Source: Eledone cirrhosa (taxonomy: Eukaryota). Taken from it: a stretch of DNA of 64,000 bases. This document shows, in pieces, positions 50,103 to 63,684 of this stretch. The position numbers were made by a program, and so were the translations under genes. The number at the start of each line of letters is the position of its first letter. Within the stretch, counting starts at the first letter, position 1. The stretch covers positions 170,252,001 through 170,316,000 of the forward strand of contig OZ024742.1 of assembly GCA_964016885.1 (NCBI GenBank). The letters run 5' to 3'. The notes below the pieces were generated by a model. That model saw only the letters and a program-made list of their open reading frames with translations. It did not search any database and was not told where the DNA came from.

Positions 50103-53100
50103 ATATATGCTGATGTATATATGCTTATATACATACACATAAATATATACATTTTTGCGCGCGTGCGTGTGTGTGCGTATGTATATATCAGCTTGTATGT
50201 GTTGGTGTATAAAGTATTTGTTGGTTGAGGCACATCACTTCCGGTTGACTTTTAACAATTAAACATGCCGTTGGTTTCAGATACATTTTGACGTCCAGCT
50301 GTCGCTGCATTACTCCAGCCAGCGAGGAAACTTCTATGTGGTCAACCCATCTGTTAGAAATAGAAGTTGGACTCCCACTGACATCAGATAATGCAGTCCC
50401 CATTACCTGAAAAAAAAAAAAAAAAAAAATAGTGATCATGGCTGACCTAAGGCTAAATAACAACTAAGATGATCTTATGGAAGAGCCTCTGGTCGCTCGA
50501 CCTGCTAAAAATAGCAGCAAACTCTCTCTTAAACCACACCCTACTGCCTGTCTTAAATAAGGAAAAGGCATATTGTCATTTCTACATACTCCTTAAGCGG
50601 GATAGTCATGACTGGAATGACTCATATCTATGCTCTATTAGACATCAACGCTGGTCTAGTTACTCCTTTGAAATATGATTCTTGTATGGTATTTGTGCGT
50701 AAAGCATTATACACCTAGAGTGGTATGGATGTATGGTGTGACCTAAAGAAATGTAGATAAACTGAGAGTATGTTTCCTCTATTTTAGAGCTGGGACATTG
50801 ATTTATCTTTTGTTGCTTACCAGCAATATTAAGTGTATTTATTTAAATATATTATTTACAGTAACGACAATAATAATAATAATGACAACTATAATAACGG
50901 CAATAGTAAAAAAACAAAACAAAGGGAAAGAAAGAATAGGGAAATATAGAAAAAAAAAAGAAAAAGAAAGACTGGGAAGCGGGGACGGCAAGAGCTCTGG
51001 TGTCGCAGAGGGGAGGGTGATTGGGCCTGGGGCAAGGGAACAGATGTGCTCCCCCCCCCCCCACACACACACACACCCCGCGGACTATGGCCAGTGAGAC
51101 CCGCTGCAACAGCCATCCAACCTTGCGGGGCTCCCTCCTCAGATGATCCACCGACGTTCCGATCTTGAGTATTATCTTGATCAGATTCCAGTTCTTAATT
51201 TTTAGATGTAAACACAATATAGGTTCAGTTTAGTATATTTAGGAGGCTGTAAGTTGTACTTGCTTACAATATATATTTTAACTGAATATTGTACAACAAA
51301 AAGTAAGCTCCTTGTTTTGTTCAGCGTGTAAAGTGGTTTTTCCTTACAAACAATTGTTAGATCACCAGTCACATTCTTGCTTCTCTTATGTGTTCCTATG
51401 GTAGCTTTATTTAGAATTCAGGTCTTTGGTCAAAAGTTGGATTAGTCTGTAGTTAAATATAGTGGAACTTTGGTTAGTTATTGCCCAGTTGATATTTATG
51501 CTTCGGTTTCCTCTTAGTGGTTTTGGGTTGTTTGCCTGATCTAGATCAGTGATCAGTTTCTAGGGCTCACTGCAAGGTGGTTGACACACTTGGGCCTCTT
51601 ATACTTCAGTGATTTTCTCTCTAAAGGGTGTGTATATGTATCTATATATGTCCACGTACCATGTTGGCATGGGTTTGTCAGGCTGTTTACAATCTAAATT
51701 CAAATTCTTCCATGGTCAAATATTATTATTCAGAGTGGTGGATTGGCAGTATCGATAGAGCATCAGACATGCTTTGCGGCATATAGTTATGTCCCTTTAC
51801 GTTCTGCATTCAATCTCATCAAGGTTAGCTTATGGGGGCGATACAATAAAGTACCAGTAAAGGAAAATTGACTTTCCTCTTCCCTCAAAATTGTTGGCCT
51901 TGAGCCTAAATCAGAAACCATTATTATTATGTTGTTTGAATTTTGCTGTGTTTGCATGAGCTGACTTCAAGTCTCACCCAGAGACCCTAAAAAGAACCCA
52001 GCAAGTAATAAGTTCAAGTGGTGTTTGATAACTGACATCTTTTGAAGGAAGAATATAGTTTGGTGATATGGTTTTGTGTTTTGTTGTATGCCTTGGGTTT
52101 GAAAGAAGTGTTCTAGAAAATGTCTGTCAAAACATAAGAAAATAAAGTTTGTTGAAAAGTTTGGTGCGAAAATGATGGTATGACAGTAAAACAAATAATT
52201 GTTTTAGGGTTGCATAGATAATATTTTTCATAGGATACGAGCAATCTCCATGAGTACTATTTTCTGAGTTTCTTCCATTTTGGGATTTCCTTGGATTTGG
52301 GATAGGTAATAATCAGTCCCTTTTGCTATATTCCTAAAGCATTAATATTGTAGGCATGGCAGTATCGGTAGAGTGCCGGACAATATGCTTTGCAACATAT
52401 AGTTACTGCCCTTTACGTTCTGAGTTGAAATCCCGCTGAGGTGAGCTTTGCCTTTCATACTTATGGGGTTGATAAAATAAAGCACCAGTAGTGTACTGGG
52501 GTCAATTTAATTGACTTCCCTCTACCCCCAAAAATTGTTGGCTTTGTGGCTAAATTAGAAGTAATTATTGTAGCAATTTATTCCAAGTTCTTTGTTTTCA
52601 TATTTGCATTAGAATAAATTTGATCTGTATTTATTGTATCTGATTTAGAATAGCTACATCCTATCTCTGCATATTGTAACTGTAAAATATTGTGACTGTA
52701 AAACCTTGCCTAAAAAAAGGACCCTATGTCATGGAACCTGCAAAGTTAACTTCTGCTTTGGTGAAAGGAAGTTTTAAAATGCTTGTATTTCTAAAAAGAG
52801 TACACTTAGTACCATCCAATATATCAACTAGTGTTAAATGGGACAGGTATAACTTCTGGCATAAGTAGTTTGAGTTTTACTAAATATATCTTCTATTCCA
52901 AAGGGAACAGTCAAATATATTTGGCAGGAATGGAACATCTAACCAATTCAGTTTATTTCAGTTGAGTGTAAGATCTTGATTTATCTTTGCATATCATTGA
53001 GGTGCCTGCTTGATAAGCCATATTGTTGCCTAGTTTTTCCACTTATATACATGTTTTATGTGAAAACTGTTGTGAAATTTAGCCCTGTTGAGTGTAAAGG

Positions 53101-56100
53101 TTCTGGAAAATCAATTAAATGAGCCACCCTACTTGTAAAACTTACTAACCAGATATACATACTACAGTGGGATATAATTTAAACCTTTTGATACCAAACC
53201 ACCTGAAATCAGCCCTGGTTCTATCTGCAGTACAGAGTTGTTTTAAAATGTTTATATTTGTCTAAAAACCTTCTATCATAATTTTATGTAACAACCTTTA
53301 AGTTATGTTCCGAACACAAGATAATGATTTCTAATTTAGTCACAAGCTCAGCAATTTGGGGGAAGGGGAAAGTCGATTATATTGACCCCAGTACTTGACT
53401 GGTACTTTTTATTGACCTCCCCAGGAGGATGAAAGGCAAAGTTGACTGTGACAGATTTTGAACTCAGACCAAGACCATAAAGAGCTGTCATTAAATCCTG
53501 CAAAGCATTCTATCTGACGTTGTCATGACCAATTTATTGCCTATTTATGACAAATTTGATCTCAGCAGAAGCTACTCCAGTACAATCCAAAGAGATATGA
53601 TGGGGTTAAGGTAGAAAACACTTGGCCAACATATAACACTGTAAGATTGAACCTAGAACCACATGATTGCAATGTGAAATTTTTAACCACATGGCTGAGA
53701 GTTAGGTCTGTCCTGACATTTTCAGTGTTTGCTTTCATTGGACAGTTGAATTCCTTGGAGTTCCTATGAGAGGGCAATGCCTTAATAACTTTAACACCTA
53801 TTAACTGTAGGTAGAGACTTGATATATTTGTGTGTGTGCCAAGCCTTTTCCAAGCCACAGCAAATTTGCTAAAACTATTGTCTGTAACTCACCCTTAATT
53901 AAAGGAGTGACTCCTTTCTTTAATGTGGCAGCTCTCAACTATTGCTGACTAACACTGAATGTCAGAGGTGATCTTGAAAAAGTAAACCTGTTGGATTTCA
54001 TGACATAAGACTACCTTTTGAATAGAATGATATAGAATAATAGTAAGGTGTGTTAAGATGATATGATACTAACCTCAATGTTAACGGATCTTTTCATTTG
54101 TGTGGGAGGCTACTGGAGTGGTAGCAATTGTAGAGTTAAGTTAATTTTTTTAAAAAGTTTTTCTTTTATCTCTCTTGGGAGTGGAAATTGGTTAGTTATT
54201 TAAACCATTCTCCTACAAATTAGTGGCCTTATGCCAATGTGAGAAATTATAGCTACTAATACCACCAGTATCATCATCATCTAGATTATCATAATTGCTA
54301 GCTAGCTGCGGATGTGATTGTGTTTAAGAACTCAGGAACAACATGGTTTTGGGTTCAGTCCCTCAATTACAACTATTGTGAGTGAATTTGGTAAACAGAA
54401 ACTGTAACAAAACTTGTGTGTGTCTATATATATAAAGTTCACTTCAGCGAGATTTAAATACACACACACACACTCTTTCTCTCTCTGATGTGAACTTTAC
54501 TTTTCATGCTTTTGAGGTCAATAAAAACAAAAAGTACCAGTCCAGTATTGGTGTTGACTCTTCCTATTTATCTCCCTCTCTTTCTCCCCCTCCATCTCTC
54601 TCCCTCCTCTGGAAGAAGTAGACTATGTTCAGACCTGGAGATAGAATGGGTTCTGCCAGGTTTAAAATGTGTAAGACATGCTGTATGTCACTATGGCATC
54701 TCTACAACTCCATCAGTAATTATGGGTCCATGCATTACATATCTGTGGTGTTGAAGTAATTCTGTAGTACTCTCTGATCTTGTAATTGTGACCAGGTCGC
54801 TGAGGGTGCCATGAAAAAAATGAAAATTTTGGCATCTACCACAAGAGAAAGAAATGAAAAGTGAATCTAAAGTTATCATTTTGTAATTGTCATCAGTTGC
54901 TGTTGTCATCATTTTAACACAGTCTTGTGCTCAATTAAAATAAAGATGTTACAGCTAGATACCATTTCTATTCGAAAACATCAACCCAAATGTGTGTACA
55001 AGATTTGAAATGACAATTTTAGAAAAACCTTAACATTTAGCTGCACAGTTGATAATATGATGGATTATCAAAGAACATTATATTACATTCCTGATGACTC
55101 AACTAATATTGTCAGCCCTCTGTTCATAAATCAACTTTCTCAGAAGCCAATTTCTGGTAGATTTCTTTTTCTTCTTCATTGGTTTTGAAATAGAAATATA
55201 TAACAAATATGACTGACTCGTGTTTTAAAACTCCCGTGTTGTAGCTATCTAATGTGAATAATCTTAACACTTTGATTACCATATTTTTAATGAAGAATTT
55301 GGGAAGGATTTATCAAAATTATTATGTAAGATGGTATTTGTAACATAACAAAATGTTCTTATATAAAATTATGTTGGAAAGTTTTTAATTTAAGTAAGGA
55401 GCTTTTAAAATGGATGGCTTTGTTTCTTTGAAACTGGGTGCAGTTTTGAGTGGGTTGGTATCAAAAGGCTTAACTAATTATTAGTTATCTCCAGTCAATG
55501 TAATTATGTGTTTCTGAAGAGGAAGATGGCGTAAATTCTTTTTAAAGTGTTTGCACTGGATTATTGATGCATGACTCAAAAGATGCAAGAAAAAGACACA
55601 AATTTTTGGAACTTCATAATCAGCTTAACTTTTAAAATTTCTTCAAGTGCTTGCTTTATTGGATAAAGTTAGGTCACCCTTTTCAAACAGAGTGGAGTAG
55701 GAGAAGTATCCACTAGAGGTTATAACATTTCTCACTTTCTCTTGCTACGAAGAAGGCTTCTTTCTTTCTTTCTTTTTTTTCACTTTTATTTTTGGTTTTG
55801 TCATCTTAGAATCTGTCCCTATTTTTTAAAAGCAGGTACAAGCACTGCAACACAAATACGTAAATGTAGCGAGATCCTGGAGGCTACAATATTTGGCAAT
55901 TGAATAGAAACAATGTAGTGTCTGAGTAGTCCCTTTACTCTGGCCGAGCGTGTAACAACTCCTCTTGAGCTAGTACCATGATAAACTGCACCCAGTACAC
56001 TTTGTAAGGTGGCTGGTGAGTATCCAACCATGGAAACCACACCAAATATGGAACATACAAGCTTACTCCAGCTTGTTTGATCTCAGACCATGACAGTCTT

Positions 56101-57684
56101 GCCAATCCATGCCATCATGGAACGTAGACATAAAATGATAATGATGTCCTACTAAAATATGGTCCTTTTAGTTTGTTGTTCTATTTAATTTGATAACAAT
56201 GTAGTAGTTGTTGCTGTTCTATGTTGCGCCTGAGACAGCTCATCCATCATCCACTGGCGCTCCTTGCGACTCTAAACTAGCAGAATCATAACAACCTGAC
56301 TACTCCTTCACCGTGTAGTTAATGACTCGAACCCAAGTGCTGTTAATTATACTCTCCATGGTTCTTTTCAATGGTTGATAATACCTTACTGGCACCACTT
56401 GTTAGTTGACATTTGTTGAACCAGTTGATTGATATAGTAAGGACATTAGTTAACTTTTTTGTAACCATATTTCTAATGAAATAAATGCTGTCAATGTTTC
56501 TATTTATGTTGACAATAATACAAATTTGGAGAAATTTCATAAAATAACTTTTTCTTCAGTAAGCTGATGCTTGGAACGTTACTTAACAAAGGTTTGGAAA
56601 CATTGCATAAGAAAATTATGCTGTAAGGTTTTAATATATGTATGAACACTTTCATATGAGCAGTTTTGTATTGTAGAACCAGACCCTGTTTTAAGTAATT
56701 TGGTATGAAAATGGTTAAGCCAGTTGATTGACACATAACTTGACAAATACAGACATTAGCCAAACTAGTGGTTTGACAGCAAAAACTTTAAAAGGTTATA
56801 TAGGATACTGAGTTGGTCTAATTTTAATTATGTTTCGTCAAATTATTTGTTGAAACTTAACATGAAATATTGTATCATCATGTGATATGTATAACTTTAG
56901 TATTAACTGTCAGGATTTACTAAGTTAGCTATCAGTCTTCATGTATGTTTTTAATAATAGGTCAGTGATCAGTGATATAGATTTGTTAACTGAAAATGGG
57001 GTCTGTTAATTCAATTATTTATAGTATATTTACTAATGGACAGATCATTGTGAAGTTTTGCAGTATTAGTGAATACTGCAATAGTTAATGTGATGCAATA
57101 ACGATGTTTTGTACTTTTTAAGAATGCCTTGCTAATGTGGTACAGGACGTTGAGTTAATGAAGTGTATCTTGGAATTTGACACTTGAGTTTTCTGTTTGC
57201 TACTGATGAGTTGTACTGTTATTGTTATAATCATTGATCTAAGGCCATGCTGGGGTACCACCTTGAAGGGTTAACTATATCAATCACAGTAAGTCACCAT
57301 ATATAAGCACTAAACACATACACTTGTATGTGTGTGGCATGAAATGTAAACAAATATAACTGCCTGTGGTGTTGAATTCTAAGAAGAGAGACAGATTATT
57401 TCTTCAACCTGAAAACCTATTTCATATAACTGCCCATGGTTCTATAATACAAAAGTGTTTATTTTTTATCTAAAACCCTTCCATCATAATTTTATATAAG
57501 AATTTTAAACACCAACACTTAATAATAGCAAGTTATTTGACTAAATCATTTGAAATTCTTTATTATTTGAAAATCATAGGCAGTGTTCTTCATTAGAAAT
57601 TTGGTAATGAAAGAGTTAAGTAGAATTGTGACATTTGTATTGTAACTCATCAATCATTGTGGTAAAAGTTGTGTAGACCAACCT

Positions 57685-57975
57685 CTAAAAGTCTAAAGTC
57701 TGTCTTAAGCCAGAAGGCTCGTTAGGCCGGTGCTTTATCCTGGTTTCATGGTGTGAAGCGACTGACAATACAAGACTTCCCCCTGGACAGGGTGCCAGTC
57801 CATTGTAAGGTTTAACCCTCAGCTATTGCTGGTACTCATTTTCAGCTGAGTGAACTGGAACAATGTGAAATAAAGCGTTTTGCTCAAGAACACAACACAC
57901 AACTCAGTCCAGGAATCGAACCCACAACATTATGATCGTAAGTCCAACACACTTACCACTAGGCCTTGCACCTTC
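57685..57975 (-). mobile_element. Full-length tRNA-derived CORE SINE
   Basis: Minus strand gaaggtgcaaggcctagtggtaagtgtgttggacttacgatc...gggttcgattcc, then gttcttgagcaaaacgc, tcagctgaaaatgagtacc and a (tttagac) tail. Confidence 0.8.
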
Positions 57976-58139
57976 ACATGTAGACAACCTACTACAGTAA
58001 TTTACATGGCACAATTCTAAACTATAAATGACTATCTTTACAACTATATATAAATAAATAAATGGAACTATTACCAACACCATTTTCACGAACACAATAT
58101 AATTTTGATATTAGTACAACAAACATTTTAAGTCCATCG

Positions 58140-58600
58140 CATTTACAAGTTCAGCTGGTCTCCTATGAGGTTGTATCTCATAGGTTTCTAGGGTGTTTTA
58201 ATGATAGGACACCAGTCTTATGTTCACACACATATGCAAGTTTAGCTAACCTCCTTTGAGGTTGTACCTAATAGAAGTTTTCTGAGGCATTTTAATTATA
58301 GGTTTCCTACAAGATTGTATCTCATAGGAGGCTTCTTGGGTGTTGTAATGATGGGGGCATCAGTCCTTTCAAGTTGTTGTTAGAGCTCACACTTGTGCAG
58401 ATTTAGCTGGCCTCTTATGAGGTTGTATCTCAGAAATTTTCTTGGGTGTTTTTAATAGTAGGCACTCTAGTCCTATCATGAAAAATAATTTGAAATGAAG
58501 TGTCTTGTTCAAGAACACAATTTTCTGCCTTGTCTATGAATTAAACCCATGAGTTTATAATCATGCGACCAACATGCTAACCACTAGGCTATGCGCTTTC
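58140..58600 (-). mobile_element. SINE with a tandem ~110-bp tail
   Basis: Head at 58500-58600; reverse-complement tail units ggttgtatctcatagg...gggtgttttaatgatagg at 58140-58480. Confidence 0.7.
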
Positions 58601-60141
58601 AGACAAACCTTCAATGAAAACATTTCAGTTATGGCTCTGCCATTTTTTTTTTATCAGTCATAGGTTGTCTATGGTTACACAATCCAATATATACTTCCTT
58701 TTTCTAAGATTGTAGGGTGTGATATAAGGTGATAAAATGGCAAAGTTGTTAGGACGTGGGATTAATAAAATACCTCCAAATTTGTCCTGGTTTACTGCAC
58801 TCAAGTCACATGAGATTAACTTTATCTTTCATTCTTTTGAGGTTCATAAAATACCAGTCAAGCTACTGGGGAGAAGGAATCAGGCAGTTGATTCTTCCTC
58901 TTTACCATTCTCTCTCTCTGTTCAAACCTGGAGAGGGATGGGCTCTGCTAGGTTGAACATTCTCAAGACACTGTGTGTGTGTGTCATGATAGTGCTCCTA
59001 TGACTCTATGAAGAGTTGAGAGTCCATTATCTTTTTTTGTTCTTTATCTTTTATAGTCTGATATGTGCAGCATGTTTTTAGCAGTCTTAATGACCACCTA
59101 GATGTGCTCTCATTTAGCTGAAAGCGTCTGTTTGGATTTTTGGTTAGGTACTACACTTAGATCATAGCCACAAGACTGACAAGTGGCTTTCTGGCTCAGA
59201 ATGAGTAGACTTAAGATCAAAAGAATTCCAGCCATGACGATCCTGACTTTTAGTATATTCATAACTACATTTGCCCAATGTGTCCTTTATTTTTTTAATG
59301 GTGACAGTTTGATTCGAGGGAGATTTGGCTGCTATTTTTAGCAGGATGAGTGACCACAGAGGCTCACTTGTTCATTTAGATTTAGTATTACTTAAGTATG
59401 TGTGTGTGTATATGGTTGTATGTAATAGTGTGTGGTAAATGTGAATGATTGAAACTTGTGAGACTGATATAACATTCTTGGTAAGTGAGGCTCTTCAACT
59501 GGTTACATTAGCAGCATGACTGCTCTCCCCACCCCTCACACTGTTACTTTCTCCACCCTCCCTCTCTCTCATTCACTCTCTTCCACTCCTCTCTTACACT
59601 CCACTCCACTGTTACTTGTGCTATTTCATATATTTCTGCACATTGAATATAACCAGTGTTTTTCATGTCAAAGTAGGTGACTGACAGGAAATTCCATTAA
59701 CTTCCTCCTCTCAAAAGCTAAACGGGTGGGTTGGCTGGCTGTGTTGTGGGAGCCAGGCTGTGTTATGGGGGCTAGGTTGTGTTGCGGGGCCCCCATGGCT
59801 AAGCTATGCTGGGCGGGTGTGGATGGTGGCTGGCTATGATGTGGGAGCCAGGCTATGTGTTGTGTGTGCTCCCTCGGCAAGGCTATGCTGGGTGGGTTTG
59901 AGGGAGGGATTGCCAGGCTAGATTGTAGAGGCACATTCTATGTTGTGGGGCCCTTTGAGTTATGTTATGGTGGTGCTGGGAAAGTAGACTTGGGGCCAGG
60001 GTGTACCCTGATGTTTTCCTTTTTTTCTCATCTAGTTAATTACACAATTTTAAAGGCAGATCAACAAATTAAGATAAGAAACATTAGATAATTATTTTTC
60101 TTGTCTCATTTTACATTTACAAGCACCTCCTTTTTTTCATT

Positions 60142-60177
<36 letters not shown>

Positions 60178-60311
60178 AGGGTTGACGGACCCAGCATATT
60201 TATCAATGCCAGTACCGGTTATATCTCAGCGCACTCAATGGGCAATGTAAGATACATTACCAGAGTATACATATAGTTATTTGCCTCAACACAACACACG
60301 TAAATCGGGTG

Positions 60312-60347
<36 letters not shown>

Positions 60348-60685
60348 CATACATATATATTGTGTGTATATGTGTGCATATATACAGATGTAAATATGTG
60401 TGTATATACAGATGTAAATATAAATATATATATATTTATATATATAATTTTTAAATATAGAAATATGATAGTGAAATATTCAATTCCATGCCTATCTTCG
60501 TTTAGGCATGGAAAATAAAAATAATAATTTTTTTTTTTCGAATATTTATTTAAACAAATTATTAAGTGTGTGTGTGTGCTGTTTATACAGCTGGCTGCTT
60601 TTCTTCTGCCAATTATTATTGTGGAATATGATTGGTTGGACATAGAATCTTTAATTGGGCGCGGTTGAGGGTCAACTGGCTACAT

Positions 60686-61211
60686 AATTGGGGTAGGTCG
60701 CTGTCTCTCACTACATATATATGTTATAACTGGGGTAGATATCTACCCCTCACTACATATTTTGTGTTCTAGCTAGGGTAGATATCTACCTCTTACTACA
60801 TATGTTATTATATCTGGGGTAGATGTCTACTTTTCACTACATATATTGTGTTATAGCTGGGGTACATGTCTACTTCTCACTACACATACTGTGTTATAAC
60901 TGGGGTAGATATCGTAGATATCGCCCTCACACTATATTGTTATAGCTAGGGTAGATATCTACCTCTCACTATATATATTGTGTTATAGCTAGGGTAGATA
61001 TCTACCACTCACTACATATATTAAGCTGGGGTAGATATCTACCTCTCAGTACATATGTTGTTAAAGCTGGGGTAGATATCTACCTCTCACTAGATATATT
61101 GTTATAGCTAGGGTAGATATTTACCTCTCACTACATATTTTGTTATAAATGGGGTAGATATCTTTCTCTCACCACATATATTGTGTTATAGCTGGAGTAC
61201 ATATTTACCTC

Positions 61212-61217
<6 letters not shown>
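60686..61217. repeat. Minisatellite, ~38-41-bp unit x ~13, with an internal palindrome ggtagatatctacc
   Basis: Unit gttatagctggggtagatatctacctctcactacatatattgt. Confidence 0.9.
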
Positions 61218-61252
<35 letters not shown>

Positions 61253-61254
<2 letters not shown>

Positions 61255-61882
61255 AGCAGTGGTACCCGGCGTTGCACGGGATAAGGTATTTTGAAACGTG
61301 GGCCGCCAACAGACCTAATCGTGGAAAAACTGCATGCCTGGACAATATGTAAAGAAAATAAACTGAATACTGTGATGGCTGGATAATCTTTAAGATTTTC
61401 CTCGATGAAGCAGGAAAAATGCAGGTTTTCACCTAATGTGGGCCCTAGGGATCAAGAAAATGAATTTTTTTTATATGCATAATATGCCTTGAAATTTCGG
61501 GAAAATCGGCTAGACGTAACGCCTCAAAAAAGCCCTAAAAAGCTGGAAAAAATGAAGATTTTCACCTAATGCAGGCCCTAGGCCATAAAAAAGTTGGATT
61601 TTCTTTGCTCACGGTATGAAGAGACTGACTAATACATAGTTACAATTTCAAGGAAATTGGTCTGACGTAACACCTCAAAAAACCCTAAAAGCTGAAAAAA
61701 CACAGTTTTTTACCTAATGCGGGCCCTAAGGGATCAAAAAGTTGAATTTTTTATGTGCATAACACTCCCTGAAACAAGTAATACACAAGTAAAGTTTGAA
61801 TAAAGTCGTTTGGGTACTTCTCGAGTTTTAGGGATTCAAACTCTCTCTCACACACACACATCCTCAGTTTTATATTTATAGA
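61253..61882 (-). mobile_element. Non-autonomous Helitron (~630 bp) with three internal ~140-bp repeats
   Basis: Minus strand starts A|TCTATAAATATAAAA followed by a (TG)/(GA) microsatellite, and ends with the cccgtgcaacgccggg hairpin then CTAA|T (CTRR). Internal repeats ttt(c/t)acctaatg.(a/g)gccct at about 61425, 61559 and 61708. Confidence 0.75.
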
Positions 61883-62449
61883 TGTTGTATCATATTTTCT
61901 TAAAGGTGGGATTAATGAAAATTATGTTTTTAGCTTTTAAAAGTGTTCCTATGTCACACAAAAATCCGTCACATTCTACCACTATTATTGTTTCTGTTGC
62001 TGTTATTGTTGTTAGTGTAGTTGTAGTTGTTTTTGCTGCTGCTGTTATTGATGTGGTTGTTGCTGCTGCTGTTGTTGTTGGTGTTTTCTGTCTCTGAACA
62101 GCTGATCATTCTGCCAAACCAAAAGATCTGCTTGTCTTACATATCTTGTTTCTAATCAGGACTATTTTTTTTTTATTACATTTTGAAACACACAGGGACT
62201 GACAGATTAACTAACAATGATAATAGTCTTTTCATAGTCATCATCATCATAGTCTGTCACTGTAATTGTTGATGTTTATACATCAGCTTTCTACACTTTC
62301 ATGGGTTAGATGGGTTGTCACCTACTGAGGCTAGACTTGTCAGATGGCCATGTCTTGTTCATACATTCCATATTTGGCCTAATTCCTATGGTTGGATGCC
62401 CTTCCTAATACCAACTACCTTACATGTTGTACTTTGTGTGTTTTATCAT

Positions 62450-62910
62450 GACAACAACTTTACAGAGTAGACTCGGTGCATTTTATTGTGGCACCAGCAC
62501 TATCACTTTACAGAGTAGACTGGGTACATTTTATTGTGGCACCAGCACTATCACTTTAGAGTAGACTGGGTGCATTTTGTGGTACCAGCACTACTACTTT
62601 ACAAGGTGAACTTGGTGCATTTTATTGTGGTACTAGCACTACCACTTTACAGGGTGAACTAAGTGTGCTTTATCATAGCACCAGCACTGCCACTTTACAG
62701 GGGGGATTAGGTGATTTATCATGGCACTAGCACTACCGCTTTACAGGGTACATTTTATTGTAACACCAGCACTACCACTTTACAGGGTAGACTAGGTATA
62801 TTTTGTGACACCAGCACTACCACTTTACAGGGTGAACTAGTTGTGTTTTGTGACCCCAACACTACCACTTTACAGGGTGGACTAGCTGTGTTTTATCATG
62901 GCACCAGTAC
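62450..62910 (-). repeat. ~42-bp minisatellite (about 11 units) expanded inside a SINE
   Basis: Unit ttttattgtggcaccagcactaccactttacagggtagactgggtgca, continuous with SINE sequence ggatgcccttcctaa at 62394. Confidence 0.85.
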
Positions 62911-63472
62911 AAAATTGTTAGAACATTGGTCAAATTGCTGTGGGATATTTGTTTCTGCCCTGTTCTGAGTTCAAATGCTGTCCATGTTAAATCAACTCTC
63001 TTGCTCCCAATTTTTTCAGTAGGCATGTGTCTGTATCTGTGTAAGTCCAAGCAATGGCTGCCAGATTCATTAATTGCTTACCAACATTTTATTTTAACAT
63101 ATGTTTGGATTCTAAATTAGCAGATATTCAAATTTTTGTAATTCATTATCATACATTCTTTTTCTCTAGTAGCATGGGTTTGACTAGGGTTGATAAACTG
63201 ATTTTCTTTAATATTAACTCTTAACATCTTGTAAGGATTTAGCAGGTTTGTTAATTCAAATGTTTATAGTATCTTTATTAGTAGGCAGATCTTTGTGAAA
63301 TTTTCAGACTTTAATTTTTAATGTGGTGCAGTCATAGTGCTGTTTTGTACTAAATGTTTATAGTATCTTTGCTGTTGGACAGATTCTTGAGGAAATGGTG
63401 TAGCCATAATGTTGCATTGTACTTTTCAAGAATGTCTAACTAATGTGGTTTTCAATTAGTTAATTCAAACGT

Positions 63473-63684
63473 TTAACTCTTTAGCATTTACATTACTCTA
63501 TATTTACTATTGTATTTTCACGGTAAACACTTTATCTAGCATAATATCAAATCTACAAGATTTTGATATTTATTTTGAGGACCTACCATAATATAAGTAT
63601 GAGCAGCGAGTTACGGCTGGTTTGAACAGAAAGAGGTGAGAGAATTCTGGCTGAATACGGCTAGTTTAAATGCTAAAGGGTTAA
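63473..63684. mobile_element. piggyBac-like MITE P1 nested in P3-type sequence
   Basis: TTAA|ctctttagcattt...aaatgctaaaggg|TTAA. Confidence 0.8.

Noticed and set aside
60686-61217. CRISPR-like array of palindromic repeats
   Set aside because: The units are contiguous with no unique spacers, the context is eukaryotic and there are no cas genes; it is a minisatellite.
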